DNA of 64,000 nt from Octopus bimaculoides (GCF_001194135.2 NC_068982.1:152162715-152226714), one strand, 5' to 3'. Shown: positions 25,900-39,596, counted from the first letter of the stretch. Numbers and translations: made by a program. The notes: a model not told the origin generated them from the sequence alone.

Positions 25900-27160
25900 C
25901 TATTCTAAGACAGTGCAAATTGGATGTAGATTGAAGGAATTGGATCTGTAGTCTTCGAATCTGCTTTCTCCATTCTGGTTTTGAGAAGCCTAATTTCTCA
26001 AGATTGGTATTTAGGCATATCCCAAGGCTCCAATAATTACAGATATAAACCTGAACTTGTAATCTGGATAGAGTAACTGCAGATTTCTCAATAGTTCAAC
26101 ATAGGTATTCTCTTTTTTACTGATCTTCATCTTTATGTTCACATCAGCTGGGCAGCTAATTTCCCCAACTGTGCACAGTTTCTATTCTCTATCCCAAATC
26201 ATTATATAAGGTCTGGTGTGCTTACATTTTATTGAGGTCTTCACTGGGACATTCCACCAGTACTCCTTTTTATTATGAGTGGCTATGGCTTCTACCATAC
26301 TATGGATTCTTATTTTGTTTGTCCTCAGGATTATCCTTCTGATGGATTTCGTTATAGAGTGTCCTAGTTACAACAACATGTCTCATCAGTAGATAATACC
26401 ATGATGACATTTTCAAACAACTGCTTATGCTGTGGGTGATATCTTCAGTATTAACTCCACAAAGTTTGCACCAGTTGTCACATTTTACTGTTTTTTCCTG
26501 CATCTCTATCCCTTTTGTGCATCAGGTACTTGGTTGATATTTCCTGTTCCTGGATTGCAAACACATGCCCTTCAAAGTGGGAGGTAGTAATTCAGCTATT
26601 GGTCCATGATAGACTGCTTTGATGATCAATGTTACTATCATCTTAGAGCTTTCTACTAACATATCCATGCATAGTCTTCTGCTTATATAGGCTCCTCCTT
26701 TCATCTGATGATATGTTGCAATGGAGTCATGCAACTTCTTTGGGCATGTATTCTAGGTTATCAGACAAAAAATATTGCTCAAGGAGCTGCCTTCCAAGTC
26801 TTATGATGTTATCAGCCTCATGTATGCAAACTTGGTCAAGAGATGCACTTCAAAACTTGGTGGTTAAAAGATGTTGCCAAAGGCATATGATACGACATTC
26901 AAAGGGATTTTAGATCGATGTTAAGACTCTACCTCCTTGCTTTCATTTTAGGTAGAGCTGGTCTACGTTATTGTTTATGTGGAAATTATGTATGCTTGTT
27001 AGTATGTTCCAGGTTTTCACATCAATGGCTCGGATCTCATCAAGCAGCCCAAATGTTGGTATGAGTACTGGCACTGCAAACATATTGTGGGCCACTGTTT
27101 TATTGAATGCAGAGAGTTCTGAGGTCCAAATTTTCTTTATTCAGCTGTAATATTCTTTAG
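25900..27160 (-). mobile_element. Decayed R4/Dong-like non-LTR retrotransposon 3' part (RT end, CCHC knuckle, RLE endonuclease)
   Basis: EGHVFAIQEQEISTKYL; CKLCGVNTEDITHSISSC...RH; HTRPYIMIWD...EISCPADVN..KENTY...IIGALG. Confidence 0.8.
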
Positions 27161-27829
27161 TGTCATGTGTTTTGTTACAGGCTGCAAGATTTGTTTTCAT
27201 CCACTCCTTGTCAGATATGTATGTATGTATGTATGTATGCATGTTTGTGGGGGGTGCATACATGTATGTATGTATTTATGTATGTCAGTCAGTCACAATT
27301 CAACAGCAATATAATTCATGATCTTCTTTGTCTCTGGATTAACATGTGCAACAATACTTCTCATGCAAGAATAGATAAATTAGCAGATGACTGTGCAGTT
27401 ATTAATATAGTATGAAATGATGATTAAATTTATTATCATAACATCTTTATATTCTCTGCAATTTCATTTTTTATTATTAGAAATGTAACTACATTACTAT
27501 GAAGTGAGACTTAAAGAAAGCTGACAATATTTCTATAATATATTTTTGTCATTCTCTTTGATGTTTTTCCTCTACAACCAAGCAATATAATCAGTATATT
27601 CCCTTCTTTCAAGGTGTCTTATTCACTTGTATCTGAGATGTATGTTAGATATATGAGTGGAGCTTTTAGCAGAGCATACATTCTTTCTTAATCTTTATCT
27701 CATATTTGCCTGGGTCTTCCTATTGATTTTATTACTTTTGGTATAAGGAAAGAGATCTACTTTAATCATCTACCTCCTCCTTTCCTCCTTTTTCTACCTC
27801 ATTTTTTATCATCATCATCATCATCATGA

Positions 27830-28024
27830 GTGAGCTGGCAGAATTGTTACAACACCGGACAAAATGCTTAGCAGCATTTCTTTCAGCTTCACGATCGGAG
27901 TTTGGATACTGCTGATGTCAACTTTGCCTTTCATCTTTTTAGGGTCAATAAAACAAGTACCAACTGAGCAATGGGGCCAATGTAAGCAATTAATCCACCA
28001 CCCAAATTTTAGATCTTGAAAAGA

Positions 28025-28058
<34 letters not shown>

Positions 28059-28272
28059 CTGATTAGCAGAAACATCAAAGCATTGAACAAAATGTTTTAT
28101 AGCATTTCTTCCAATTCTTTATGTACTCAGTTCAGATCCTGCTGAGATCAACTTTGCCTTTTATCCTTCAGGGTCAACCGAAGAAGGTACCAGTGAAGTA
28201 CTATGATTGATAGTATTGACAAACCCCTCCCCTTCAAAATTGCTGGCCTAGTGTAAAAATTTGAAACTACTA
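27830..28272 (+). mobile_element. Two tandem SINE family B copies separated by (TTA)n
   Basis: Each has the caactttgccttt.atc.tt..gggtcaa...aagtacca block. Confidence 0.75.
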
Positions 28273-30073
28273 TAATTATTATTATTATTATCATTATTTG
28301 CTCACATTGGATATGTTTCACTTGAATTTTACTATGTTTCATTGAATGAAAAAGTTTCTTTCTGAAATATTTACAAAAAAGATATTCTGTAACTTTGGTA
28401 AGCCTGCACCATTTCCTCAAGGAAAACAAAAGGCCTATCTTTTAAGAATTTAATTTTGAAAGTATTTTGATTATTTACAAATTTCAAAGATTAGTTTTTT
28501 TTTCTGCTGAGGTAGAGGTGAAAGGTCAAAAAACAGAAAATAGCAGTAAGCTTAACATCCAATTTTTTTTTTTTAATATAAAAATATTTGTTGAAAATTC
28601 TGAAAATAAAGACAAACTACATGAAAAGGACAAACAAAGGAAAATGATAGCTTTTACGCAAACAGGTGTGATTACAATGATACATGCAGACATTGGTGCT
28701 TCAAAAAATACGGAAAAGAAATCACAGATGAATAAAATTTCTAAACATAGACCCTGGCAACAGACAAAATTTTCGTAACTAAGCAGACATCAACAGCTTT
28801 GTTATAGTCTTAAGTTAAAAAGATCTTTTAAATACAACACATTTCTCTGAGAAAATGAAGAATGTGGAAAGTTACTTCATGAAAAACTGTGATCCCTCAC
28901 CTGATGATTTTATCAAAGAAAGGATAAGCAGAAGAGTAACATAATACTAGCCCTCAAAACGTGGAGGAGCTCTCTGTATGCCCTCCAAAGTGCACTTAAA
29001 GGAAGTCCTGGCCAATGTGTTGGATGGTGTGGTTTCCATCATCCAAGGTAGGGGAGGAAAAAGTGTGTACAGGGTTTTCAAAACTAAGTATGAGGCAAGA
29101 TGGCAGAGTTACTGGACCATACATCTTTCCCATGCTCATTCCATAAGACATGAAGAAGTGTAATATAAGGTCCCAGTTAAGGATATTGGCTCAGATATTA
29201 ACTCTTGACTCATTATAACTTCCGTTGCACAGAATGGGCAGACTGTCAATGCCAAAATGACCAAGCATACTGTTTCTCTTGAGAGTAAAAATGCAGTTTT
29301 TATCAAGGACTCACAAAACCACATCAGTTTTTAAAGTCAAGCACAAAAAGCTGATTATCAACAAAGGAAATAGTCCTCAATATTCAAGGGGCAATTATCT
29401 CAAAACTAGATGATTACCTCAGTCAATGGTGATGAATATTTCACAAACCTATTCAACTGATTTCTCTTCTAATCAACTGTGCATAGACTTCACAGATACC
29501 ATTGCATATGCAAAACAATCCAGAAGCACCAACCACCAAGGAAGCATGTGAAACTATCCACAAAATAAATAAGAGTTCCATGTGAAGATCATCAACATAC
29601 CTAAGACTTCAAAACATGTTTCAAAAAATATTTTGGCTCCTGATGAGAGAGTGTGATCATACATAAATCTGTAAACTGCTTATATTCAATGCCATGGAAC
29701 TACATTTTAACAGTTATAATACTGTTTCATTGGTCTTACTACTAATTTTGAGGTTAACAACATCAAAGAAACACTTAGTAACTATACTCACCTGGCTTTT
29801 GGAGGGGTTAATTAACCTATATAGAGAGAACGTTGGTCAGTACTCCTTAAGAGTGATGTAAGGATGTCACATACCTTAGCGAACCAAGTAATTTTCCATT
29901 TTTATGTACATATATATATATATATATTATGTGTATGTTGTATATGTTTATACAATGCAATGTGTGTGCATTATGTGTTATATATATATATTTATATATA
30001 CAATCTAAGCTTTTACAAAATTGTTTGAATGTAGAAATAAAAATGAAAATTCTTTTATTTTTATTTGTTTTAG

Positions 30074-30220
30074 TTTAAACAAGTAGAGGAATATATGGTG
30101 TGTCGCAAACTGCCTCGAACACTTCGTCAGCGTATTTCCGATTATTATGAACATCGGTTCCAAGGGAAAATGTTTGATGAAGATACCATCCTTGGTGAAT
30201 TAAACGAATGCTTACGGCAG
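30074..30220 (+). CDS. HCN: HCN/Ih channel exon: C-linker ([49 protein letters not shown])
   Basis: tttgttttAG acceptor; CAG|GTAAGT donor; 147 nt, phase 0/0; KQVEEYM...YYEHRxQGKMFDE C-linker motif. Confidence 0.97.
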
Positions 30221-30320
30221 GTAAGTACTTTTTCAGAGTCAATATTATTGTTGATTTAGTGAATGTTTTTTAAAATTTCAATACTAACTGGTAAAGAACT
30301 GTTTTATCTCCAGCCACACC

Positions 30321-30542
30321 TATGAGGGGAAGCTGAAAAGTTTCTGGTTTTGGACAAAAGAGAATATAGGAGGATCAGTTAATTATGATTTTATTGAACA
30401 TATTCCCCTCTTAGATTCACACACTTATTGCAGTGGTCCTTCAGTTTTTGTAAGCCCTATAAAAGAACTTGGAAGTTTGGGCCTCCAACCAGGTCTTTTG
30501 TAATATGTGTAAAGCCAGTAACTTTTCATTACTCCTTCCTAA
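30321..30542. mobile_element. Mariner-type MITE, 100 bp downstream of the C-linker exon donor
   Basis: Homologous to 11190-11414; TA|TGAGGGGAAGCTGAAAAGTT start. Confidence 0.8.
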
Positions 30543-31270
30543 GCTGCAATGTACATATTACTGCAACTGTTGCATTAGCCCCTTCATTGCCAACACCACA
30601 ACTCCAAATATCTCAAATCCACTGATATCTATATATTATAGGTATGACTGGTTGCTGTTTAGGTGATCACTTCGTGAACATCAATCAGAAGTTCACAGTA
30701 ATGTTGTAGGCATCCTAAAATGCATGGTTCACTACTTTAATGCTGGTCATTCTCTCACTACCTAGACCTCATTGCTGTTTGCTAACACCTTGGCTCATGT
30801 GTGTGTTTTGCAATGCAGTTAAGAATTCTAATGAATTTTGGGAAAGCATCCTCTACTATAGCCTCAGGCTAACCAAAGCCTCCTAATTTGGGCAATGTAA
30901 ACTGAAAGAAGTTAGTCATATATGTCTGTACACTTACATAGAATGTGAGTGTGTGTATGTTTGTCCCTCCTTGTTTTTTTTTTTTATGTTATGTCATTGT
31001 CATAAATGGACAGTACTGCAATAGAAGCAGTGAAGTTCATTTCCAATCTTTTGTGAAAAAATGTCTGGGCACAGAATAATATTATGCATAGGAAGGGAAT
31101 CCAGATGCATAGGAAATCTACCTCTGCAAATTTTGTCTTCAGCATTAAAACAATGATGAAGACGATGATGACAATAATGTTCTTACTTGTGTTGTTTAAC
31201 CCTGTCTGGACTCCTTTATTTGAGAACAATTTCTTTGTTTACAACTTGCCCTTCATACATACATAAATGC

Positions 31271-31549
31271 TTCGAGCGAGATCGTCGCCAGTGCCCCTGG
31301 ACTGGCTTGTGCGGGTGGCACATAAAAGACACCATTTCGAGCGTGGCCGTTTTCGTGCGGGTGACACGTAAAAGCACCCACTACACTCTCTGAGTGGTTG
31401 GCATTAGGAAGGGCATCCAGCTGTAGAAACTCTGCCAAATTAGACTGGAGCCTGGTGTTGCCATCCGGTTTCACCAATCCTCAGTCAAATCGTCCAACCC
31501 ATGCTAGCATGGAAAGCGGACGTTAAACGATGATGATGATGATGATGAT
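31271..31549 (+). mobile_element. Young RTE 3' UTR copy ending about 95 bp before the CNBD exon acceptor
   Basis: Nearly identical to the 12.1-kb copy; (GAT)n tail. Confidence 0.85.
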
Positions 31550-31645
31550 TTATATATGCATATACGCATTTATATAGTACCTTGTCATATCTTAATACTA
31601 AAACCGGTTTTCTTCTTTGCATTTAATTTTTCCCCCATAATACAG

Positions 31646-31889
31646 GAAGTTATAAACCACAACTGCAGATCTTTGGTTGCTTCAGTACCATTCTTTACAA
31701 ACGCAGATCCACAGTTTGTTTCTGAGGTAGTCAGTAAGCTCAAATATGAAGTGTTTCAGCCTGGTGACTATATAATTCGAGAAGGAACAATTGGGACGAA
31801 GATGTATTTTATACAAGAGGGAATAGTTGATATTATAACAAAGGAAGGTGAAGTTGCTACGAGCCTCTCGGACGGATCTTATTTTGGCG
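31646..31889 (+). CDS. HCN: HCN/Ih channel exon: end of C-linker and CNBD beta-roll ([17 protein letters not shown]...SLSDGSYFG)
   Basis: tacAG acceptor; GGCG|GTGAGA donor; 244 nt, ends in phase 1; [20 protein letters not shown] and DGSYFG motifs. Confidence 0.97.
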
Positions 31890-33298
31890 GTGAGAACTAT
31901 ATTTGTTTATTATGCACATACATGTACACACAAACGTGTATGCATGTGTGTATGTATATGTTTCACAAAGCAATTTTATTCACACAGGTGAGGTTTTGAT
32001 TCATAATCATAAAACCAACGTCTGTTGTTCTACAGAATTACTCTACCATATAGCTAGGTTCCATTACCAGCCAACAGCTAAAGGCTGGTGATGAACATCT
32101 TTGTACATTTAATCCTTGATTCAGAACAAGGTTTAATTTTTTTTTTCTTTTATTATGACAGTATTTTGGCATCAACAATATAACATGTCACTTACCTCTG
32201 CCACTGTTTTTCATTTAATTGAATTTGTTATCTTGTTTTCTTCTTTTGGGACAGGTATAGTCATGTATTTATTCAATGAAAAGCATGGGGTAAAGGTTCA
32301 AATCTAGTTAATACTTAATACTCCATGTGTTATTTATGAAGATTCTTTCTCCGATTACCTGTATGTAAGCATAAAGTAAAAGTTCAATCTATTCCAATTT
32401 AAGAATTCTATATTGTTGTTTCTTTTTCTCTAATTTGTGCATTCATTTCAATATTAAAATTTTTCATCAGCACAGTTTATGAACAATTATCTTTAAATTA
32501 CTAATGAATTGAAGTCAAAATTACGTTTTTCAGAGTTATGTATAAACTATAGTAATATACAAAAATATGTATGATTAGAAGAGTAAACAGAGGTACCATT
32601 GCCCTCCAAGGTGGACATAATCATCAGAAAAAACATGTAACACTTATATGCTTTTCACCAGGGAAATTCATTTAAAATGGTGAGATTTTCCTTCATGAGT
32701 ATAAAACTAACATCTGCTGTGGAGTAGAATTAATCTATGATGCAATCAGATTCCATCTTCCAATGGATTATCCTCCCATATAGCCAGGCTCCATCTCCAG
32801 CTGACATCCTGTTTTGATTACTTATACATCTAGCAAGACAATTGTGACTTCAATTCACTTGTAACATAAAGATAATGGCCCATAAGCTGTACTGAAGGAA
32901 TATAAAAACATCAAAGCAGATTATGAATAGAAGGAGTAACAATATAGAATAGTTATTGTAGCTATATTTCAACTAAAAAATCTATGCTTCCCATTGACGA
33001 CTAATAAAAAACAAAATCTTTTACATAAACACGACATTGAATGTTAAAAATTAATTGGATTCATTTGCATTTGTTTCATTAGATTCTTGATGTGAAGTTA
33101 TATTGTTTCAAAACACATGTTGCACGAGTTTCAAAGGGTCATTCTGCCTATAAAAGTAGGCAAGGGTGCTGTACACTCATTGGAAAGGTTATATAAGTGT
33201 GACAAATAACTTTGACTGATTGATTATGAAAGTAATTAACTCCTGTCAGCACATATGATTTGATTTATTTATAGAATGATACTCACAAAATATTGCAA

Positions 33299-33346
<48 letters not shown>

Positions 33347-33351
33347 TATAT

Positions 33352-33399
33352 CATCATCATCATTATCATCATTTAACATCCATCTTCCATGTTAGCATG
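33352..33399 (-). mobile_element. Short antisense RTE tail fragment
   Basis: (CAT)n-ttaacatccatcttccatgttagcatg is the reverse complement of the family terminus. Confidence 0.7.
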
Positions 33400-36175
33400 T
33401 ATGTATATAGATACATATATATATGTATGTATATCTGTATGTATACACACACACATGTATAATGTACATATATAAAACATGTATGCATGCATATGCATAT
33501 ATGAATTTATACATATGTATATATANNNNNNNNNNNNNNNNNNNNNNNNNNNNNNNNNNNNNNNNNNNNNNNNNNNNNNNNNNNNNNNNNNNNNNNNNNN
33601 NNNNNNNNNNNNNNNNNNNNNNNNNNNNNNNNNNNNNNNNNNNNNNNNNNNNNNNNNNNNNNNNNNNNNNNNNNNNNNNNNNNNNNNNNNNNNNNNNNNN
33701 NNNNNNNNNNNNNNNNNNNNNNNNNNNNNNNNNNNNNNNNNNNNNNNNNNNNNNNNNNNNNNNNNNNNNNNNNNNNNNNNNNNNNNNNNNNNNNNNNNNN
33801 NNNNNNNNNNNNNNNNNNNNNNNNNNNNNNNNNNNNNNNNNNNNNNNNNNNNNNNNNNNNNNNNNNNNNNNNNNNNNNNNNNNNNNNNNNNNNNNNNNNN
33901 NNNNNNNNNNNNNNNNNNNNNNNNNNNNNNNNNNNNNNNNNNNNNNNNNNNNNNNNNNNNNNNNNNNNNNNNNNNNNNNNNNNNNNNNNNNNNNNNNNNN
34001 NNNNNNNNNNNNNNNNNNNNNNNNNNNNNNNNNNNNNNNNNNNNNNNNNNNNNNNNNNNNNNNNNNNNNNNNNNNNNNNNNNNNNNNNNNNNNNNNNNNN
34101 NNNNNNNNNNNNNNNNNNNNNNNNNNNNNNNNNNNNNNNNNNNNNNNNNNNNNNNNNNNNNNNNNNNNNNNNNNNNNNNNNNNNNNNNNNNNNNNNNNNN
34201 NNNNNNNNNNNNNNNNNNNNNNNNNNNNNNNNNNNNNNNNNNNNNNNNNNNNNTGGGTGGAGTGTGGGTTAAGCATACACACATTACTATACCTATATAT
34301 ATATATAATTTTACATGTAGAGAGAAGGAACGGCTATTCTTTCAAATATTTTAGTTTCCAAACATTGAAGTTAAAATTTTTATATTAAAAGTTTTGTTTC
34401 ATTACTGGTGTGATGTTGTATGTTTAGTTTGGAGCCATAACCTTCTTACCATTTCAAAACATCAAATTCTGAATGAATAGATAATAATGGCATTTTGTAG
34501 TAGGCCAGAAAGAAGGTGGGAATGATGCTATAACTGATAAATTGCTACTGCGAGATTTAAAATTATGGAACAGTCAATACTTTTTAGTTTAATAATCTAT
34601 TTCCCTTAAGCTGTATCTGTTGATGGTCGAAATGATAGGCATAAGAAAAGTACCCTATATACTAAGAAGCATTCTAAGAAATTTTTTGTTGACCTGCATG
34701 ACCAGGCTTCCCTTCCAGTGTGTAAGACAATCTGTACATCTAGATATTAGGAGTATATATAGGTTCTCCACTTGGGCTCACATTTGCAGTATTCTACATG
34801 GATATTCAGCTTGGGCTCGTATTTGCAGTCTTGAAAATAACAACATAGTATTAAAATAAGTATGTTTACAGCATATTCATTATGATGAGTGCTGAAGAAC
34901 AAGCAGATACATTCACATAAATCAGATTTTTAAAATAATCTTATCCGTAAACTTTCAATCAAACATAGTTCTAACATAAATTCAAATAATACTGGCTCAT
35001 TCTTAGACATAAGCAGTAGCATTAGAGACCACTTATATTAGCTAGTGTAGCATGCACAGACAGGGATAACATGTGTCCCTATAAATATAAAAGGTTTGTT
35101 ATGAAATCCCTTAGAATGTTTTGCTAAAGGAACTTTAAATAAGGAAACCTTAAGGGTTAAGCATTCATTAAGAAGGGATATTAAGCATGCTAAAAACCTA
35201 AGCAGTAAAATAATACAGGAAGATTTTCACCTGCAGAAATGCAACTGATACAAAACAGTAAAAACAGACAATCCTCTCACATATTGTACTACATAATCCA
35301 AATGCTCTTTGCTTATAGAATGAATGAACTTGTCATTGGAATATTCATAAAACAAAACACATCACGTCTAACCACAAACTAGCAGTTTGAATCTATTAAA
35401 AAAACATCAGAATTAAAATCTGTCATATAAACCTGAAACCACAAACTTGCTAGTTAGCAGAACATACTTTAGACAACAAATGTTACATGTAATCTTCAAT
35501 GCGAACATGGAAGTTGTAAACTTCATGACACAAACTGTTATATTAGATGTACAAACAAATATGACATATTTTTAATCAGTTTTCAAGTTTTCAATGCATT
35601 TACAGTTAAGAGAATTACAGCACATATTATACTGAATACAAAACTAAACTGGAAAGGAAAAATCATTATTTGATAGCACTACCATCTGATATAAAACTGC
35701 ATAAAAGGTTAGATTTACTTTAAGAGTTTTATCAATAACAAAATACAAACCAAACGTTAGTACACAGATACAGCTCATGTGAAATAGACTATGAAAGTAA
35801 CCAAGAGTAAAGTGTTAAACAATTTAAAATCCCGTGATGCTGGAAAAGATGATGTCAACAACAAGAAATGCCATTATTCTAAACTAGACATAAAAGACTA
35901 ATAAGGAAATATGACAGATCTGTAATAAAAGAGATTAAATCCAACTCAGTTATGTTGTCAATGTGCTACTTAAAGTTTCACCAAATGAATTGCATAGGAT
36001 TACTGACTAATTATACCTGATGATCCTCTAAATCTATAGTATGCCCTGGATATTACTATGTAGTTCATCTTGTAAAGCTTTAAAGTAGTACACTGTTTCA
36101 ATCAGGTACTGTATGGTTATAATATAATTATATTGTTATTGAGTTTTTTCTTGTTCTATGCTGATAAATCTTACA

Positions 36176-36222
<47 letters not shown>

Positions 36223-39085
36223 CACACGCACGCATATTAATGTGTGTATATGGGTATGTGTGTAAGTGTGTTTGTATGTGTGTATGCACACACACACACA
36301 CACATACATACAAAACTTAAATATATACATATATGTGTACATATACATACATATGTGTATGTGTGTTTACTTTGTATTTTGGGATATTTATTTATGTAAT
36401 TGAGTGGAGTCATTCATGCAGTTTGTGTTGGTTCTTTACTTTCTTTCTGTGTTTACTTTTCTTTGTTTCCTTATTTACTTACTCTAATTTACATCCACTC
36501 CTACCAGTGTGGAACATGGACATTAAATAATGGTAATGAGTATGCTAATGAAGTGTTTGTATTTGAACTTATTGTCAATAAATGTACCCTCCTCCTCCTC
36601 ATCATCATCATTACCATTTTCATCACCATCACCAAATCCATTACCACCAAACTGCCACCATCTCCACCACCATCATTGTTGTCTTTATCATTATTGCAAT
36701 CGCTATTATCACTATCATCATCAATGTCATTATTACACGAGCCAGTATGGATGCTTCTATGTAGATACTAGAGACAACAGAATCTAACGTAACTCACAAC
36801 CAGTTGTCTTAAATAAGGAAAGGAGATACTAAATAATGAACTTATAGATGAATCTCTAAATAACAGGTCACATATCATGCCATGAAAATGTCTTTAAGAT
36901 ATATTCTGGATTGTTCATCTTTTAAACAATCTTATAATAGATGAAGCCTTAACAATCAAGGCTTCTCCACTAGTCATATTATATTGCAGAACAGACATGC
37001 TGGTCAGCCAGTCAAATTAAAAATCAAGAATTAATACAAAACTAGCATATCTTTTAACTTGCTTTAGTTTTTTTTTAAATATGTCTGCATGCTTAAGAAA
37101 CTTGCTTCCCAACCATGTGGATTTGAGTTTAGCCCCATAGCATAACATTTTGGGCAACAAAAGCCTTGTGAGTAGATTTAGTAGCTGGAAACCGAAAACA
37201 TTTTATTGTGTGTGTGTGTGTGAGTTTATATTTTCTCTCATTTTTATGTCTGTTCATTGGTTGTAAACAAAAAGCTCATCTATACTATGTTATTTGCTTT
37301 ATCCACCATCCTTATCACCTCTATCAATCCATACCTCCAAAATCACATCATCTCCATCATAATATGAGCACTCACCATCACATTATTCAATCTCATCACT
37401 ACTACAACTGCTGCCACCACCACCATCACTTTTAACCTTCTACACTTCATTACTACCACTGCCATCATAATCATTTCCACTTCATCATTTGCAACACCAC
37501 TACCTCCTCCATTGTCATCTTACTACACATCATGACCATCACCAATAGTATTTTTTGCATCTCTTTGTGTTGTTACCTTTAGAGTCATTAATCCTCATCT
37601 ATGTTCTCCCAAAACATTGTTTCTTTACATCATCATTATCTTTAATTATACTCAGTTGATGTATTAATGCATGTGATAAATGTATGAACAATGTCCCTCT
37701 TCAAGGTCTTCATTCTTCTAACAACATATCATTATTACTAACCTCATAAATAATAACTCCCATTAGCCATAAGGTCACATATTAGGGAGAAAAGCACCTG
37801 GCTAGTATTCATTATATCAGGTCTGGCACGATGAAGAGCCCAGTGGATATCAGCATGATTTCCACTGAACATAAGAAATATAGAACTATATACTGAAAGA
37901 TATCTAGTTCTACTATCTGCACATAGTTACCACTTCACATGTTCACTACTCCACAGTTTTACCACTTCACATTTTTTACCAATCCATATGTTTCTGTATT
38001 TCCACATATCAACTATCTCACATATCTGGCCCCTAATATACTACCCCTACAATATTCACCTTTTCACTTATCTACCTCTTCACTTACCTACCACCTCTCC
38101 ACTTAACGACTCTTCCAATTATCTATCAGTTCATATAACTACCACCACACATTTCTAACATTCTACATATTTATCGCTTCACATATCTTTATATCAATAT
38201 ATCTATCACTCTACGTGTCGATCATTCCTTATACATCCTGCAATAAATAGATAATATTTGATGTAGGTATCACTCAACATTCATATTTTTTCAATGAGCT
38301 TGTAAAAAATATATGTATTAGTAATAGAGGCAGTATTAATACCAAGAGGTAATATTTATCCTCACTTAAATGTGAATATCTTGTTAGAACAAACTTTACT
38401 GTGGTAGGTACCATGAGAGAAACTCTAATATAGGCTTTTGACAGAAAATGTATATATTGTTTATATTGTTAGCAGGTAGATAAATCCCCACCAACTCCAG
38501 CACTAAGACCACCATGGCAAACAATATAAACAAGTGTACATTTTGCACCAAAAACCTATGAGAGTTTCTCTCATGGTATCCACCACAGTAAAGTTTGTTC
38601 TAACGGAACATCCACGTTTAACTGGGAATAAATATTACCTCTCATACCTTTCCATGTTCTTACTACTACCTCACAAAGCTACTACTCTACATTTATCCTC
38701 TCTCATAATATCATTTGTAATAAATAATTATTTTGATATTTTCATTTAATATAATCCATCAGTATAATAAAAAATGTTTCCTATTAGCAAATATCTGAAA
38801 TATGAAAGAAAGAGAGAAGAAAAACTGGGAAATAATTGTTGTTGTTGTTTATTCTCGCTATTGTTGTAGTATTGATTCATATGATGTTTGAGAAATGCTT
38901 ATTAAATTTTCAGAAAATGTTAAACTTTCTTCTTTTTAGCAGAATGTCTCTGGATAACAGTTAATAATAACAGTACCCATTTTAAACAAATAAAGTAAAA
39001 TATATTTTGGGCGCAAAATATGTTTGCTTGTGGATTATTTCAGATTACATTTTTACTATTAAATTACACAGACGCTACCTTAAGC

Positions 39086-39178
39086 TGAATGCAGATTGCA
39101 AATAGCTGGAAGCTGAAGGCGCCATGATTGTTAGGTAAACAACGCGTTCCGCTTTCAGTCTTTTGCAATCAGCCTTTG
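39086..39178 (+). ncRNA. Candidate structured intronic hairpin (pri-miRNA-like or ADAR substrate)
   Basis: 39091-39121 pairs ungapped with 39143-39173 (26 of 31 pairs, including G-U), with a further basal extension and a 5-bp apical stem; not matched to any repeat elsewhere in the window. Confidence 0.4.
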
Positions 39179-39596
39179 TCATCACAAGAACCAGCTTGCC
39201 ACACTCAAAGATCAGCAAGATATTAATTATAATGGTGAGAGCAGCAAAGCAAAAACTAAATCTATTATTTCACCTTTTTGCTCATAGGTAAAACCTAGAA
39301 TAGGATTTACATCCAATGAAAGAAAAAAAATGAAAATATTGAAGAAAGAATAGTAAAACAAAATTTGATGACATTTAGAAATGTTGTTGATGTTATAAAT
39401 GCCAATAGAATACAGGTTAAGATCATTGTTAGATAAGTGATATCATAACAAGGAAAGTACAAAATATCTTCTTTTAGTTGGGTGTTTTTGAGGGAATTCT
39501 TAGGACGTTACAGACAAGAGGAATCATCAATATTAACAATATTGTTTCTGAAAGAAATATAGACTAAGTCAAGAAGCAAGAAGTTCTCTACTTGTA

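Noticed and set aside
28978-29324. ORFs with a WQSYW-like motif suggesting a LINE remnant
   Set aside because: One short motif only; no RT or zinc-knuckle support.
31556-31999. 147-aa ORF read as a stand-alone gene
   Set aside because: Only 31646-31889 is HCN-like and it is bounded by splice sites; the flanks are intronic read-through.
32430-32480. Minus-strand CTGATGA...GAAAT hammerhead-like match
   Set aside because: AT-only weak stem II and G at position 17; expected by chance in AT-rich DNA.
34900-36060. Possible very old Penelope-like RT/linker remnant (SFLDI, TTxNP-like fragments)
   Set aside because: Motifs need several frameshifts and are too weak to call without an HMM search.
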